Below, one piece after another: positions 1 to 8,454 of a stretch of 64,000 nucleotides of DNA. The position numbers and the translations under genes were made by a program. This DNA comes from Vicinamibacterales bacterium (lineage in GTDB: Bacteria; Acidobacteriota; Vicinamibacteria; Vicinamibacterales; UBA2999), in contig JBFXBH010000001.1 of NCBI GenBank assembly GCA_050183355.1, positions 38,840 to 102,839 on the forward strand, in the 5' to 3' direction. How positions within the stretch are numbered: the stretch's first letter is position 1; every line of letters starts with the position of its first letter. The notes under the pieces are model-generated. The model saw nothing but the letters and a program-made list of their open reading frames with translations, searched no databases and was not told the DNA's origin.

Positions 1-607
1 CGGCGACCGTGCGGTAGCTGGTGTGCTCGTCCAGGAAACTCAGCGCCCGGTGGCCGGCCCAGAACTGCTGGAACAGCCGGTACATCAGGGACGGGTGCAG
101 CACCTGCGCGCGCGGCATGCCCCACTGCGCACGGGCGCGGTCGATCAGGTCGCGCTCGAACGGAGGGATCGCCATCTGTTTGTTGGTGCCACCCGACCCG
201 CCGATCCTCGACGCGTTGCAGGCGGCAAACGCGTCGGGCGTCACGTGATCGAACACCTCGAACCGGTTCGGCGTGATGTCGCCGTACCAGGCGCCCGCGC
301 CGCCGCGACTCACGACCAGCATCTGGTCCGCCTTGATGCGGTACGTCGACCGGAACCAGCGGACGAAGGGGACCCAGTAGAGCGCCTCGTAGCCGACCTC
401 GGAAATCCACGGACCCACGATGATCGGGGCGCCGCTGTCGGCCAGCCGCTCGATCTCCTGTTCGAGGTCGATCTCCGCCTGAATCGCCGCCCACCGCTCC
501 TGCGAGCGTCGCCGGCGCGACTGCCAGCGCACCAGCGGACGCCGCAGACCCCACGCCTGCAGCAGCGCCTTCCGCGTCAGGTTCCGCGCGGCGAGCGGCA
601 GGCTCAC
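1..607 (-). CDS. Family-X protein (putative GT-B-like glycosyltransferase), N-terminal ~200 aa only; gene runs off the left edge
   Basis: Absent from the ORF track (no stop in window). My own minus-strand translation is open from 607 to 1: VSLPLAARNLTRK..APIIVGPWISEVGYEALYWVPFVRWF..MLVVSRGGAGAWYG..HPSLMYRLFQQFW. It is collinear with the other X copies. The GTG start at 607-605 overlaps the TGA of the upstream gene (GTGA). Confidence 0.6.
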   Translation of the reverse strand, partial: MSLPLAARNLTRKALLQAWGLRRPLVRWQSRRRRSQERWAAIQAEIDLEQEIERLADSGAPIIVGPWISEVGYEALYWVPFVRWFRSTYRIKADQMLVVSRGGAGAWYGDITPNRFEVFDHVTPDAFAACNASRIGGSGGTNKQMAIPPFERDLIDRARAQWGMPRAQVLHPSLMYRLFQQFWAGHRALSFLDEHTSYRTVA

Positions 608-1611
608 GACGCCACCGCCACCGGACGACCTGCAGGCGTCACGGTCAGGAGATCCGGACCGAACCCGGCAAACACCGACTGCGCGAGGGCCAGATGCGTC
701 TTCGAGAAGCCCGCCGGATTCGAGTAGACGGCACGGGCTGGTATGCCACGGCTTGGCGCGAGGTAGGCGAAACCGCCGTACGTGCCGACCCAGGCGCTCG
801 CCCTGGCAACGATGGCGTCCTGCTGCGCAAGGTTGGTCGCCGGCACCGGCGCCGGCACGCCCCGCTGGGCCGCGTGGGCTTCCTCCTCCCATGCCGCGTG
901 ATCGTCGATACGAAGGCCCGTCGCCAGCGAGATGACCGGGCCTTCCTCCGCCAGTTCCCGCACGATCCGCTCGGCCGCCGCGTGATTCTCCGCCGTCGCG
1001 GGAAACGCTTCGTTGAAGTAGAACTTCACGGCCGTGAAACGCGGGGGCAGGTCGATGGCGGGAGCCGTCGCCGGCGGGAGCCGTTCAAAGCGCGCGTGCG
1101 ACCGGATCCACGGCTCGCCGGCATGCTTCCACCAGAACGGATTGAAGAGCCGGAACATCTGACCGGGATGCAGCACCTCGGGACGCGCGAACCCCTCGGC
1201 CTCGGCCACCGTCGCGACCAGCGAGGACTCGGACGCCGTCAGCCGCACCTGCTTCTGCTCGCCGAACGCCGCGATGCGCTCCTGGCCCATCCGCGCGATC
1301 GTGTCTGGCGGGAGCACATCGAACGCGTCGCGATAGCGGGATGAGACGCGGCCGTACCAGGCCGCCGTACCGCCTCGAGACACCACGAGCAGTCGGGAGC
1401 GGTCGAACCCGCACGCGTCGACCGCCCACTCGAGAAAGGGCCGCCAGTACAGCAGCTCGAACCCGACTTCGCCGAGCCAGGGACCGACGACCACCGGACG
1501 GCCGCTCCGCGCGATGCGCGTCAGCGCGTGCCGGACGGATCGCCCCGTCCACTCGCGCCATGCGCCGGCCGCCGCCGATCGCAGAGGCGCCGGAAGCCAG
1601 CCCGTCCTCAC
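604..1611 (-). CDS. Family-X protein (putative GT-B-like glycosyltransferase), ~335 aa
   Basis: C-terminal part of ORF 604-2826; the upstream 400 codons are R/A/G junk overlapping the next gene. Motifs: VVVGPWLGEVGFELLYWRPFLEW, LVVSRGGTAAWYG, HPGQMFRLFNPFWW, FTAVKFYFNEAFP, ASAWVGTYGGFAYLAPSRGIP. In-frame GTG at 1611-1609 overlaps the upstream TGA (GTGA), the same junction as at 604-607. Confidence 0.7.
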   Translation of the reverse strand: MRTGWLPAPLRSAAAGAWREWTGRSVRHALTRIARSGRPVVVGPWLGEVGFELLYWRPFLEWAVDACGFDRSRLLVVSRGGTAAWYGRVSSRYRDAFDVLPPDTIARMGQERIAAFGEQKQVRLTASESSLVATVAEAEGFARPEVLHPGQMFRLFNPFWWKHAGEPWIRSHARFERLPPATAPAIDLPPRFTAVKFYFNEAFPATAENHAAAERIVRELAEEGPVISLATGLRIDDHAAWEEEAHAAQRGVPAPVPATNLAQQDAIVARASAWVGTYGGFAYLAPSRGIPARAVYSNPAGFSKTHLALAQSVFAGFGPDLLTVTPAGRPVAVAS

Positions 1612-4280
1612 CGGGGCCTCCCTCGAACCGCGGCCGCGGCCGCCACGACATCCCCCGCTCCCAGCACGAGCCGCGTCACAGGCACCTCGCGGAGATCGAG
1701 CGGGATGAACGGGCCCACCTGGAGGGCGGAGAAGACCCGTCGCGCGACGTCGAGGTGATCGAACCGGAATCCGTTCGGATGGGAGTAGAACGCCACGGTC
1801 GGCACACCCAGCAGCGGCGCGAGGTAGGAGAAGCCGCCGTAGGTGCCGACAAACGCGTCCGCGCCGGCGATCACCGCCGACTGGACCTCGAGGTTGTCCT
1901 GCGGCCGCATCAGATCCGTGATCCGGTGGACGCGCCCGCGCACGTCCGACGGCAGGTCCGCGTGGTCGTCGAAACGGACGCCCGTATCGAGCAGCACGAC
2001 GTCGGACGTCTCCGTCAGGGTGCGCAGCGTCTCCGCGATGAAGCGCCTGTTCTCGCCCGTGTCCGGCAGCGCACCGTTCGCGTAGAACTTCGCGGCGATG
2101 TACCGCGCCGGCAGCGCGGCACGGACGTCCGGACGATCGGGTTTCGGCAGCGGGCCGTGCGCGGTGAACGCGTCGATCAGCGTCACGGGCGCAAGCTGGC
2201 GCCAGTAGGCGTTGAAGAGCCGGTACATGACGGACGGATGGAGGCGATGTGTCTTGCCGAGCTTCAGGGTCGCGACGACGCGCTGCTCCAGCTCGCGATC
2301 CCAGGCCGTCATCTCGAGATGCTTGAGGCGACCGCCGTACTCGAGCTGCCTGGCCTCGTTCATCGCCCGGAACTCGTCCGGCGTGCAGAAGTCGAAGATG
2401 TCGACGTAGCGACCGGTGATGTGCCGGTACCAGGACGCCGCCCCGCCACGCGAGATGACCACGAGCCGGTCGGCGTCGACGTTGCCGTACGCCCGCGCCC
2501 AGTTCAGGAACGGGATCCAGTAGAGCAGCTCGAAGCCGGTCTCCGAGACCCACGGGCCCAGGATGATGGGCTCGCTGATCCGGCCGATCGCCGTGACCAG
2601 CGCCCGCACCTCCTGCACTTCGGGCACGTTCGGGAACTTCTCGACCTTCGCCGGGTCCGCGCCCTTCCCCACCTTCGGCAGCATCGTGCCCTGATGCGGC
2701 GCCGGCGGCGCGACACCGAGCAGCACCAGCAGCCGGCGCCGCACGGGCGCCCAGGCGTACTCGATGACGCGGCGCTTCATCCGCTGTACCAGCGAGCGCG
2801 CGCTCTTGCGACCCAGCTCGGTCCACACCTGCGCACCGGCCACCAGCAGCCAGGGCAGCAGGAGGATGCGCGACACGAACGCGGCCCCCGCCGGGACACG
2901 CACGGGGGCAGGTGCCGGCCTGGCGCCAAGCGCCTCGATGGCGTCCGCGAATCGCGGCGTGCCGGCGTCATGCCTGCCAAACGGCCGCACGAACCCCTCG
3001 ACGAAGCGCCGGCTCTTGTCCGAGGTCTCGCCCGCCAGCACCCGCGCGAGCTGGTCGCGGTGCTCGTCGAAGCTCCGGGCCGCGTGCAGCAGGCCGCCGT
3101 TGACCTCCATCAGATACCGGAAGTGCAGCGTCCCTTCCTGATTCCGTTCGGAGAACTCGGGCAGGAGCACCGTGAACACCGGCCTGTCGACGCAGGCCGC
3201 TTCGATGAATGCGCTCGTGTTGAGGCCGATGACGCCGGCGGCGTAGTACATCGAGTCGAAGTAGTCATCCTGCGACGCGGCGTCGATCGGATGCGCGCCG
3301 TAGAGCGCGACGTCCTTGAAGCCGGTCAGCTCGGTGGACACCCATTCGTCCATGCGCTGCGGATGCGGCCGGACGAGAATCGATGCGTCACGAAGCGCCG
3401 GATCCGTGCTCGAACGGACCTCCTGAATCCAGCGCTCGACGAAGCGGGCCTCGTTGCCCGTCCCCTTGAAGAGCGACGAACAGACATAGAGCAGGAACGG
3501 CTTGCCGGGCGGAAGCCCGACGCGCTCGAGAAACACGTCGCGGGGCCGCGAGGGTTGCCGTTCGAACCACTTGTCGAAACACTGGGCGCCGGTCACGACG
3601 ATGCGCTCCTCGGGCACACCGTGAAAGCGCGTCGCCTCGTCGCGCTGCACCGGGTTCCAGACCATGACGAGCTCCGGGAGCTCACGGAGCCTGGACTTGC
3701 TCGAGAGGTGATCCCAGCTGCCGACGGCCAGCACGGATCGGAGACCCAGTGCCTTGGACGCGATCAGATGATCGAGCTGCGGCGCGCCGAGTTCGATGAG
3801 CGGCGTGATGAGGACGGCGTCCGGCCGCTGCGCGCGGAGGAAGTCCTCGAGCGGCGCGTTCGCCGGGATCGCGCGCTCCAGGATCCGGAGCCAGCGTTCG
3901 AGCCTCCTGGCGCCTTCGACACCTCCGAGACCGGGCAGGCGCTGGAGGCGCAGCAGCATGTGCGGCGCGCGCTCCCGTGCGCGAGCCCTCAGGTGCGGTG
4001 TGTCGTCGTAGAGCGGGTCGACGAACCGCAGATAGTCGAGGGCGAGCCGAAGACGCCGCGTCATTTCGACCCACGCGCCAGAGTCGCGGCCTTTCGTCCA
4101 GCCGAACGTCAGCCGCCCGCCGGACTCCGCGGCCAGCCGCCGCACCAGCTGCTCACCTCCGAGCAGTTCCCATCGATCGGCGGAGACATGGACGTCATGT
4201 CCCCGGCGGGCCAGTTCCAGCACCGCGGACTCGAAGTTCCGCAGGTAGGTGTAGTGCCGGACGAGGAAGAGAATGCGCAT
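1608..4280 (-). CDS. Family-Y / family-X fusion protein, 890 aa
   Basis: ORF 1608-4880; residues 1-200 are junk and the real start is ATG 4280 (MRILFLVRHYTYLRNFES), overlapping the upstream stop (TGATG). The N-terminal ~520 aa carry Y motifs (SWDHLSSKS, VWNPVQRDEATRFHGVPEERIVVTGAQCFDKWF, LVRPHPQ, GLNTSAFIEAACVDRPVF, EGTLHFRYL). A hydrophobic/basic linker follows (FVSRILLLPWLLVAGAQVW..MKRRV). The C-terminal ~330 aa carry X motifs (ILGPWVSETGFELLYWIPFLNW .. AFVGTYGGFSYLAPLLGVP). There is no stop between the halves. Confidence 0.75.
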   Translation of the reverse strand: MRILFLVRHYTYLRNFESAVLELARRGHDVHVSADRWELLGGEQLVRRLAAESGGRLTFGWTKGRDSGAWVEMTRRLRLALDYLRFVDPLYDDTPHLRARARERAPHMLLRLQRLPGLGGVEGARRLERWLRILERAIPANAPLEDFLRAQRPDAVLITPLIELGAPQLDHLIASKALGLRSVLAVGSWDHLSSKSRLRELPELVMVWNPVQRDEATRFHGVPEERIVVTGAQCFDKWFERQPSRPRDVFLERVGLPPGKPFLLYVCSSLFKGTGNEARFVERWIQEVRSSTDPALRDASILVRPHPQRMDEWVSTELTGFKDVALYGAHPIDAASQDDYFDSMYYAAGVIGLNTSAFIEAACVDRPVFTVLLPEFSERNQEGTLHFRYLMEVNGGLLHAARSFDEHRDQLARVLAGETSDKSRRFVEGFVRPFGRHDAGTPRFADAIEALGARPAPAPVRVPAGAAFVSRILLLPWLLVAGAQVWTELGRKSARSLVQRMKRRVIEYAWAPVRRRLLVLLGVAPPAPHQGTMLPKVGKGADPAKVEKFPNVPEVQEVRALVTAIGRISEPIILGPWVSETGFELLYWIPFLNWARAYGNVDADRLVVISRGGAASWYRHITGRYVDIFDFCTPDEFRAMNEARQLEYGGRLKHLEMTAWDRELEQRVVATLKLGKTHRLHPSVMYRLFNAYWRQLAPVTLIDAFTAHGPLPKPDRPDVRAALPARYIAAKFYANGALPDTGENRRFIAETLRTLTETSDVVLLDTGVRFDDHADLPSDVRGRVHRITDLMRPQDNLEVQSAVIAGADAFVGTYGGFSYLAPLLGVPTVAFYSHPNGFRFDHLDVARRVFSALQVGPFIPLDLREVPVTRLVLGAGDVVAAAAAVRGRPR

Positions 4281-5815
4281 CAGGTCGTCGGGGTCAGCTT
4301 CGCTCTGCGCTCGGCATGCTTGCGCCGTTCCTTGGCCGCGCCCGACTCGTCGTACGTGAGTAGCCATCCCGCGCGCGTCATCACGAGCGCGAGGAAGGCA
4401 CGGACAGCCAGCCGCGCCAGCAGGCCGCGCCGCGCCGGCGCCAGTCGCGGTGCGACGGCGGGGAGTTGCTCGATGGCATCGACCACGAGCGGCGTCGCCG
4501 CCTGATCCACGCCGTGGGGCCGCACGAAGGATCCGACGAAGCGGCGGCTGCGCCCGAGGTCCACGTCGCCCCGCACCGCAGCCGCGAGCTGCGCCGCGTG
4601 GTCCGCGAACGTGCGCGCCCCGTGCAACAGCCCCTTCTCCCCGTCGAACAGGTAGTGGAAGTGGATCGTGCCTTCCTGATTCTCGAAGTACTCCGGCAAC
4701 AGGATCGTATAGGCCGGGCGGCCGGCGATGGCGCCTTCGATGAACGCGCTCGTATTGAGACCCACCACGGCGATGCTGTGGTGCAGCGAGTCGAAATAGT
4801 CGGCCCGTGAGTCCGCATCGACGGGGTTGCTGCCCCAGAACGCGACGCCCGGCTCGACGGACGCGTCCACGCCTTCCCATTCCGGGAAGCGTGACGGATG
4901 GGGGCGCACGAGGATGTTCACGTCAGCGAGTTCCGGATGTCCGCTCTCACGCAGCTCGCGGACCCAGCGCATCACGAACTTCGCCTCGACCGGACTGCCC
5001 TTGAACAGCGACGAACATACCCAGAGGAGAAAGGGCCTGTCGTCCCGCAGCCCGACGCGACGGCAGAACTCCGTCCGCGGCCGGGACGGCCGACGGTCGA
5101 ACCACTGATCGAAGCACTGCGCGCCGGTCACCACGACGCGCTCCGCCGGCACACCGTGCAGTTCGGTCGCCTCGCGCCGCTGGATCGGATTCCACACGAT
5201 GATGCGATCGGGGACCGTCCGGATCAATGCCTTGCTCGACAGATGATCCCAGCTCCAGACGCAGAGCGCGGTCGGGAGACGCCGCGCCATCGCGGCGTAC
5301 AGGCAATCGAGTTGCGGCGAGGCAATCACGCCGATGAGCGGGGTAAACAGGACCACGTCCGGCTGCTGGGCATCCAGCAGCGCCTCAATCTCGGCGATCG
5401 GCGGTAGTCCGCGCTCACAGGCCGCCAGCCATCGACCGAGCAGGCGCCGTCCGAGTGGTGTGCGGAACGGCCACCGATCCGTGAGCCGCAGCACGCCGAT
5501 CGGAGCGCGGTTCCTGGCCCGCTGCCCGAGCCTGGGCATCCTCTCGTACGGTGGTGAAAGGTACCGGAGGTAGTCGATGCCGAACCGCAGTCGCGTGCCG
5601 AGCGTGTACTCGCGGCTCCTGGGCCTCGGTGCCAACCCGGCCGTCACCTGGCCGGGATACTCCCGGGCCAGCCGATCGATGATCTGGGAGCCGCCGAACG
5701 TGTCCTCCTGCTCCGCCGCGACATGGATCTGGTGGCCGTTCCGCGCGAGGCCCGCCAGCACGGACTCGAAGTTCCGGAGATAGGTGTAGTGCCGCGCGAA
5801 GAAGAGAATCTTCAT
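4280..5815 (-). CDS. Family-Y protein (putative GT-B-like glycosyltransferase), 511 aa
   Basis: Full ORF. MKILFFARHYTYLRNFESV; PDVVLFTPLIG; SWDHLSSKA; VWNPIQRREATELHGVPAERVVVTGAQCFDQWF; RPFLLWVCSS; LVRPHPS; VVGLNTSAFIEGAIAGRPAY; NQEGTIHFHYL; FVRPHG. ATG overlaps the upstream stop (ATGA at 5812-5815). Confidence 0.8.
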   Translation of the reverse strand: MKILFFARHYTYLRNFESVLAGLARNGHQIHVAAEQEDTFGGSQIIDRLAREYPGQVTAGLAPRPRSREYTLGTRLRFGIDYLRYLSPPYERMPRLGQRARNRAPIGVLRLTDRWPFRTPLGRRLLGRWLAACERGLPPIAEIEALLDAQQPDVVLFTPLIGVIASPQLDCLYAAMARRLPTALCVWSWDHLSSKALIRTVPDRIIVWNPIQRREATELHGVPAERVVVTGAQCFDQWFDRRPSRPRTEFCRRVGLRDDRPFLLWVCSSLFKGSPVEAKFVMRWVRELRESGHPELADVNILVRPHPSRFPEWEGVDASVEPGVAFWGSNPVDADSRADYFDSLHHSIAVVGLNTSAFIEGAIAGRPAYTILLPEYFENQEGTIHFHYLFDGEKGLLHGARTFADHAAQLAAAVRGDVDLGRSRRFVGSFVRPHGVDQAATPLVVDAIEQLPAVAPRLAPARRGLLARLAVRAFLALVMTRAGWLLTYDESGAAKERRKHAERRAKLTPTT

Positions 5816-8454
5816 GTCGCGGGCGCGCCCCTCAGACGGCCGGTCATGTGACGGTAAGTGAGGGCCTCTCCCGCACGGTCGGCCGCGGGATCCGCGGCGC
5901 CAGTCTTGTTCTTCGCTTTCGACGCCTTCTTCATCGCCCGTGTGTAGTCGGTATCGAGAGGCGACACGTCGGCCACGTCGTAGCGCGCGCCGAGAAGCGC
6001 GCTGACCGACTCGAGCTGGCCGTTATAGCGCGAGCGTTCACGGTTCAGGCTGTAGAGCCACGGACAGCGCGCGCGCGCCGCGAGGTCGACGTAGGCGGCC
6101 ACCTGATCGCCGGTCATCTCCTGGAACGACGCGATGTTCACGAGCAGATGCGGCGCGAAGCCCGGCAGGGCGGCGGCGCGAGTATTCGGCACGAACACGA
6201 AGTCGTAGTCACGCCACTGCTGCAGCACCCGCTCGGGCGTCGACGGCCCGACGAGGAGAGTGCGCGCGCCCGGGATGACGGTCTTCAGGTAGGTGGCCGA
6301 GAACAGAAAGAGTTCCGGAAGGTCCGTGATGACGTAGGTGATGTCGGGAAACAGCCGCGTGAACTGGTAGGCGAAGCCACCCCAGCCGCCGCCAATCTCC
6401 CAGGCGACGCGGCGTCCCTTCACGCCGCGAAAGGCGTCGAGAACGCCGGACCGCTTCATGCCGACGAGGACCTCGAGGTACTTCAGTCCGTCAAGGTTGA
6501 AGAGCTTCCCGTCGATCCGGTAGCCGAAGCCTCCGAGCGCGGGATGTTCGGGCACGACGAGCTCGTCGCCCCCCATCGCGGCCAGCGTGCGCAGCCGCTG
6601 CTCGAAGAGACCGGCCCGCTCGTCGTCGGCCACGCGATAGTCGTAGGGCCGGAGTCCGGTGATGTGGAAGGCATGATGGCGGAGCTTCGCGATGATGATG
6701 GGCGTCGCGTCCGTCATGTAGTCGATGTTGCCGAGTTCTTCGGTCCAGTACGCGCTGGGCAGACCGGTACCGTGCGAGTCGGCCCGTCGGTCCGCGGCAA
6801 TCACGCCGAGCACCGCGTCACGAACGCCGGTGTAGACACCGAAAGCCCGCCGTGCCTCCTCGCTGACGAGGATCGCGCCGTCGGTCGTCACTCCCCTCCT
6901 GCCCGTGTCCGGCAGTTCCGCGTCGGTGCCGCTCACGACGGGAGCGACCCTGCCGGCACGGGGCGGCTTGCCGGCCTTGCGCGGGACCTTCTTCGACTTC
7001 GGTGCCGGCCAGGCCTCGATCGCCCGCGCGGCAGGCCGCAGCAGCACGCGCAGCGCGCGGTCCAGCAGGCCATCCACATCCGCCGGTCTTGCCGGCGCGG
7101 CGGCGGCGCGTTCGAGGGTTTCCACGACGATAGGCGTGCAGGCCTTCTCGACGCCGTGGGGCCGGATGAAGGAAGCAACGAACCGACGTATCTCCGCCCT
7201 TGCGGCCTCCGGGTTGTTCAACACCTCGGCGAGCTGCGTGACGTGCTCGTCAAGTGTCCGTCCCACGCGAAGGAAGCCGCCGTTCTCCGGCAGCAGGTGC
7301 CGGAAGTGCAGGGTGCCCTCCTGCGTGCCGGCGAACCCGCCTGTCAACGAGAACACCGGTCGGCCGACAATCGCCGCCTCGATCATGGCGCTCGTGTTGA
7401 CACCCACGACCGCGGCGCTGTGGTGCATCGAGTCGAAGAAGCCCGAACGGTTCTGCTCGCTGACCGCGTTGTACGGCCCACGCGGCCACACCTGCACCTG
7501 GCCGAGATCGCCGAGATCGGCGTCCTTCCAGGCGTGCCAGTTGTACGGATGCGGACGAACCAGCACCGGGATGTCACGCACATGTGGATCCGTGGAGCGC
7601 CGGAGCGCCTGGATCCACGTCCGCACGAACGGCAGTTCGAGCTCGGAGCGCGCGATGAACACCGATGACGCGGTATACAGCAGGAACGGCCGATCCACCG
7701 GCAGGCCGACGGTGGAGCAGAACTGCTCGCGCGTCGTGCCCGGCATGCGCTCGAACCAGCGGTCGAAGAGCTGCGCGCCGGTCACCGCGACTCGATCGGC
7801 CGGAATGCCGTGATAGCGCGTGGCCTCGGACTTCTGCGCCTCGTTCCACACCATGACGAGGTCGGACTCCACGCGCAGGAGCCCCTTGTTGGTGAGGTTG
7901 TCCCAGCTCGCGATACCGGTGACCACGCGAAAGCCCCGCCGCCGCGCCGCGCGGACGACATCAACCTGATCGGACGCCGCGTCGATGAGCGGCGAGACCA
8001 CCACGACGTCCGGCTTCTGCCGCCGGAGAAACGTCATGATGGCGTCCGACACGGGCACCGCGCGTTCCAGACGTCTCAGCAGCGCGTAGAGACCGGCGAG
8101 CACCGGGGGCGGAAGCGACGGCAGGCGGTCGAGCCAGCGCAGCGGCCGTGGGAGCACCTTGCGCTTCATCCGGTCCCGGAGGGCGGCGGCATCGCGGTAG
8201 TCGGGATGCAGGTAGCGAAGGAAGTCGAAGGTTCCGCGCAGACCTCTCGCCAGCGCCAGCCAGCGGTCGCCACGGGGTGGCACGACGCCCAGCACGCGCA
8301 CGGAGTCACTGACGCCGTCGAAGGTCGCCTGCTTCTGCTCCTTGATGTGATTGACCGCGATCGACACGTCATGGCCGCGCGACGCGAGCAGCCGCAGCAC
8401 GGAGTCGTAGTAGCGGAGGTATTCCGGCGACGCGACCACGAAGAGAAACCTCAT
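5812..8454 (-). CDS. Family-Y domain fused to a C-terminal class-I SAM methyltransferase-like domain, 880 aa
   Basis: Full ORF. The N-terminal ~470 aa carry Y motifs (MRFLFVVASPEYLRYYDS, SWDNLTNKG, VWNEAQKSEATRYHGIPADRVAVTGAQLFDRWF, LVRPHPY, VVGVNTSAMIEAAIVGRPVF, TQEGTLHFRHL). A P/K/R-rich linker follows. The C-terminal ~350 aa (about nt 5812-6860) have a glycine-rich SAM motif (VAWEIGGGWGGFAYQF), then ITDLPE and NIASFQEM. ATGA overlap at 8451-8454. Confidence 0.8.
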   Translation of the reverse strand: MRFLFVVASPEYLRYYDSVLRLLASRGHDVSIAVNHIKEQKQATFDGVSDSVRVLGVVPPRGDRWLALARGLRGTFDFLRYLHPDYRDAAALRDRMKRKVLPRPLRWLDRLPSLPPPVLAGLYALLRRLERAVPVSDAIMTFLRRQKPDVVVVSPLIDAASDQVDVVRAARRRGFRVVTGIASWDNLTNKGLLRVESDLVMVWNEAQKSEATRYHGIPADRVAVTGAQLFDRWFERMPGTTREQFCSTVGLPVDRPFLLYTASSVFIARSELELPFVRTWIQALRRSTDPHVRDIPVLVRPHPYNWHAWKDADLGDLGQVQVWPRGPYNAVSEQNRSGFFDSMHHSAAVVGVNTSAMIEAAIVGRPVFSLTGGFAGTQEGTLHFRHLLPENGGFLRVGRTLDEHVTQLAEVLNNPEAARAEIRRFVASFIRPHGVEKACTPIVVETLERAAAAPARPADVDGLLDRALRVLLRPAARAIEAWPAPKSKKVPRKAGKPPRAGRVAPVVSGTDAELPDTGRRGVTTDGAILVSEEARRAFGVYTGVRDAVLGVIAADRRADSHGTGLPSAYWTEELGNIDYMTDATPIIIAKLRHHAFHITGLRPYDYRVADDERAGLFEQRLRTLAAMGGDELVVPEHPALGGFGYRIDGKLFNLDGLKYLEVLVGMKRSGVLDAFRGVKGRRVAWEIGGGWGGFAYQFTRLFPDITYVITDLPELFLFSATYLKTVIPGARTLLVGPSTPERVLQQWRDYDFVFVPNTRAAALPGFAPHLLVNIASFQEMTGDQVAAYVDLAARARCPWLYSLNRERSRYNGQLESVSALLGARYDVADVSPLDTDYTRAMKKASKAKNKTGAADPAADRAGEALTYRHMTGRLRGAPAT

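Noticed and set aside
1341-4505. 1054-aa plus-strand ORF (and similar long plus-strand ORFs at 5848-7668, 10201-11829, 48001-49341 and 60801-62276)
   Set aside because: These run antisense to motif-rich minus-strand genes. Their translations are R/G/A/P/D-rich and low in complexity, with no recognisable motifs. That is the typical antisense open frame of high-GC DNA.
4281-4880. Upstream extensions of many ORF-track entries (for example the first 200 aa of 1608-4880, 175 aa of 43394-44920, 61 aa of 46112-48178 and 64 aa of 19980-21290)
   Set aside because: The extensions overlap the preceding gene and are R/G-rich. They also end exactly where a conserved paralog N-terminus (MKILF...) or an SD-preceded start occurs.
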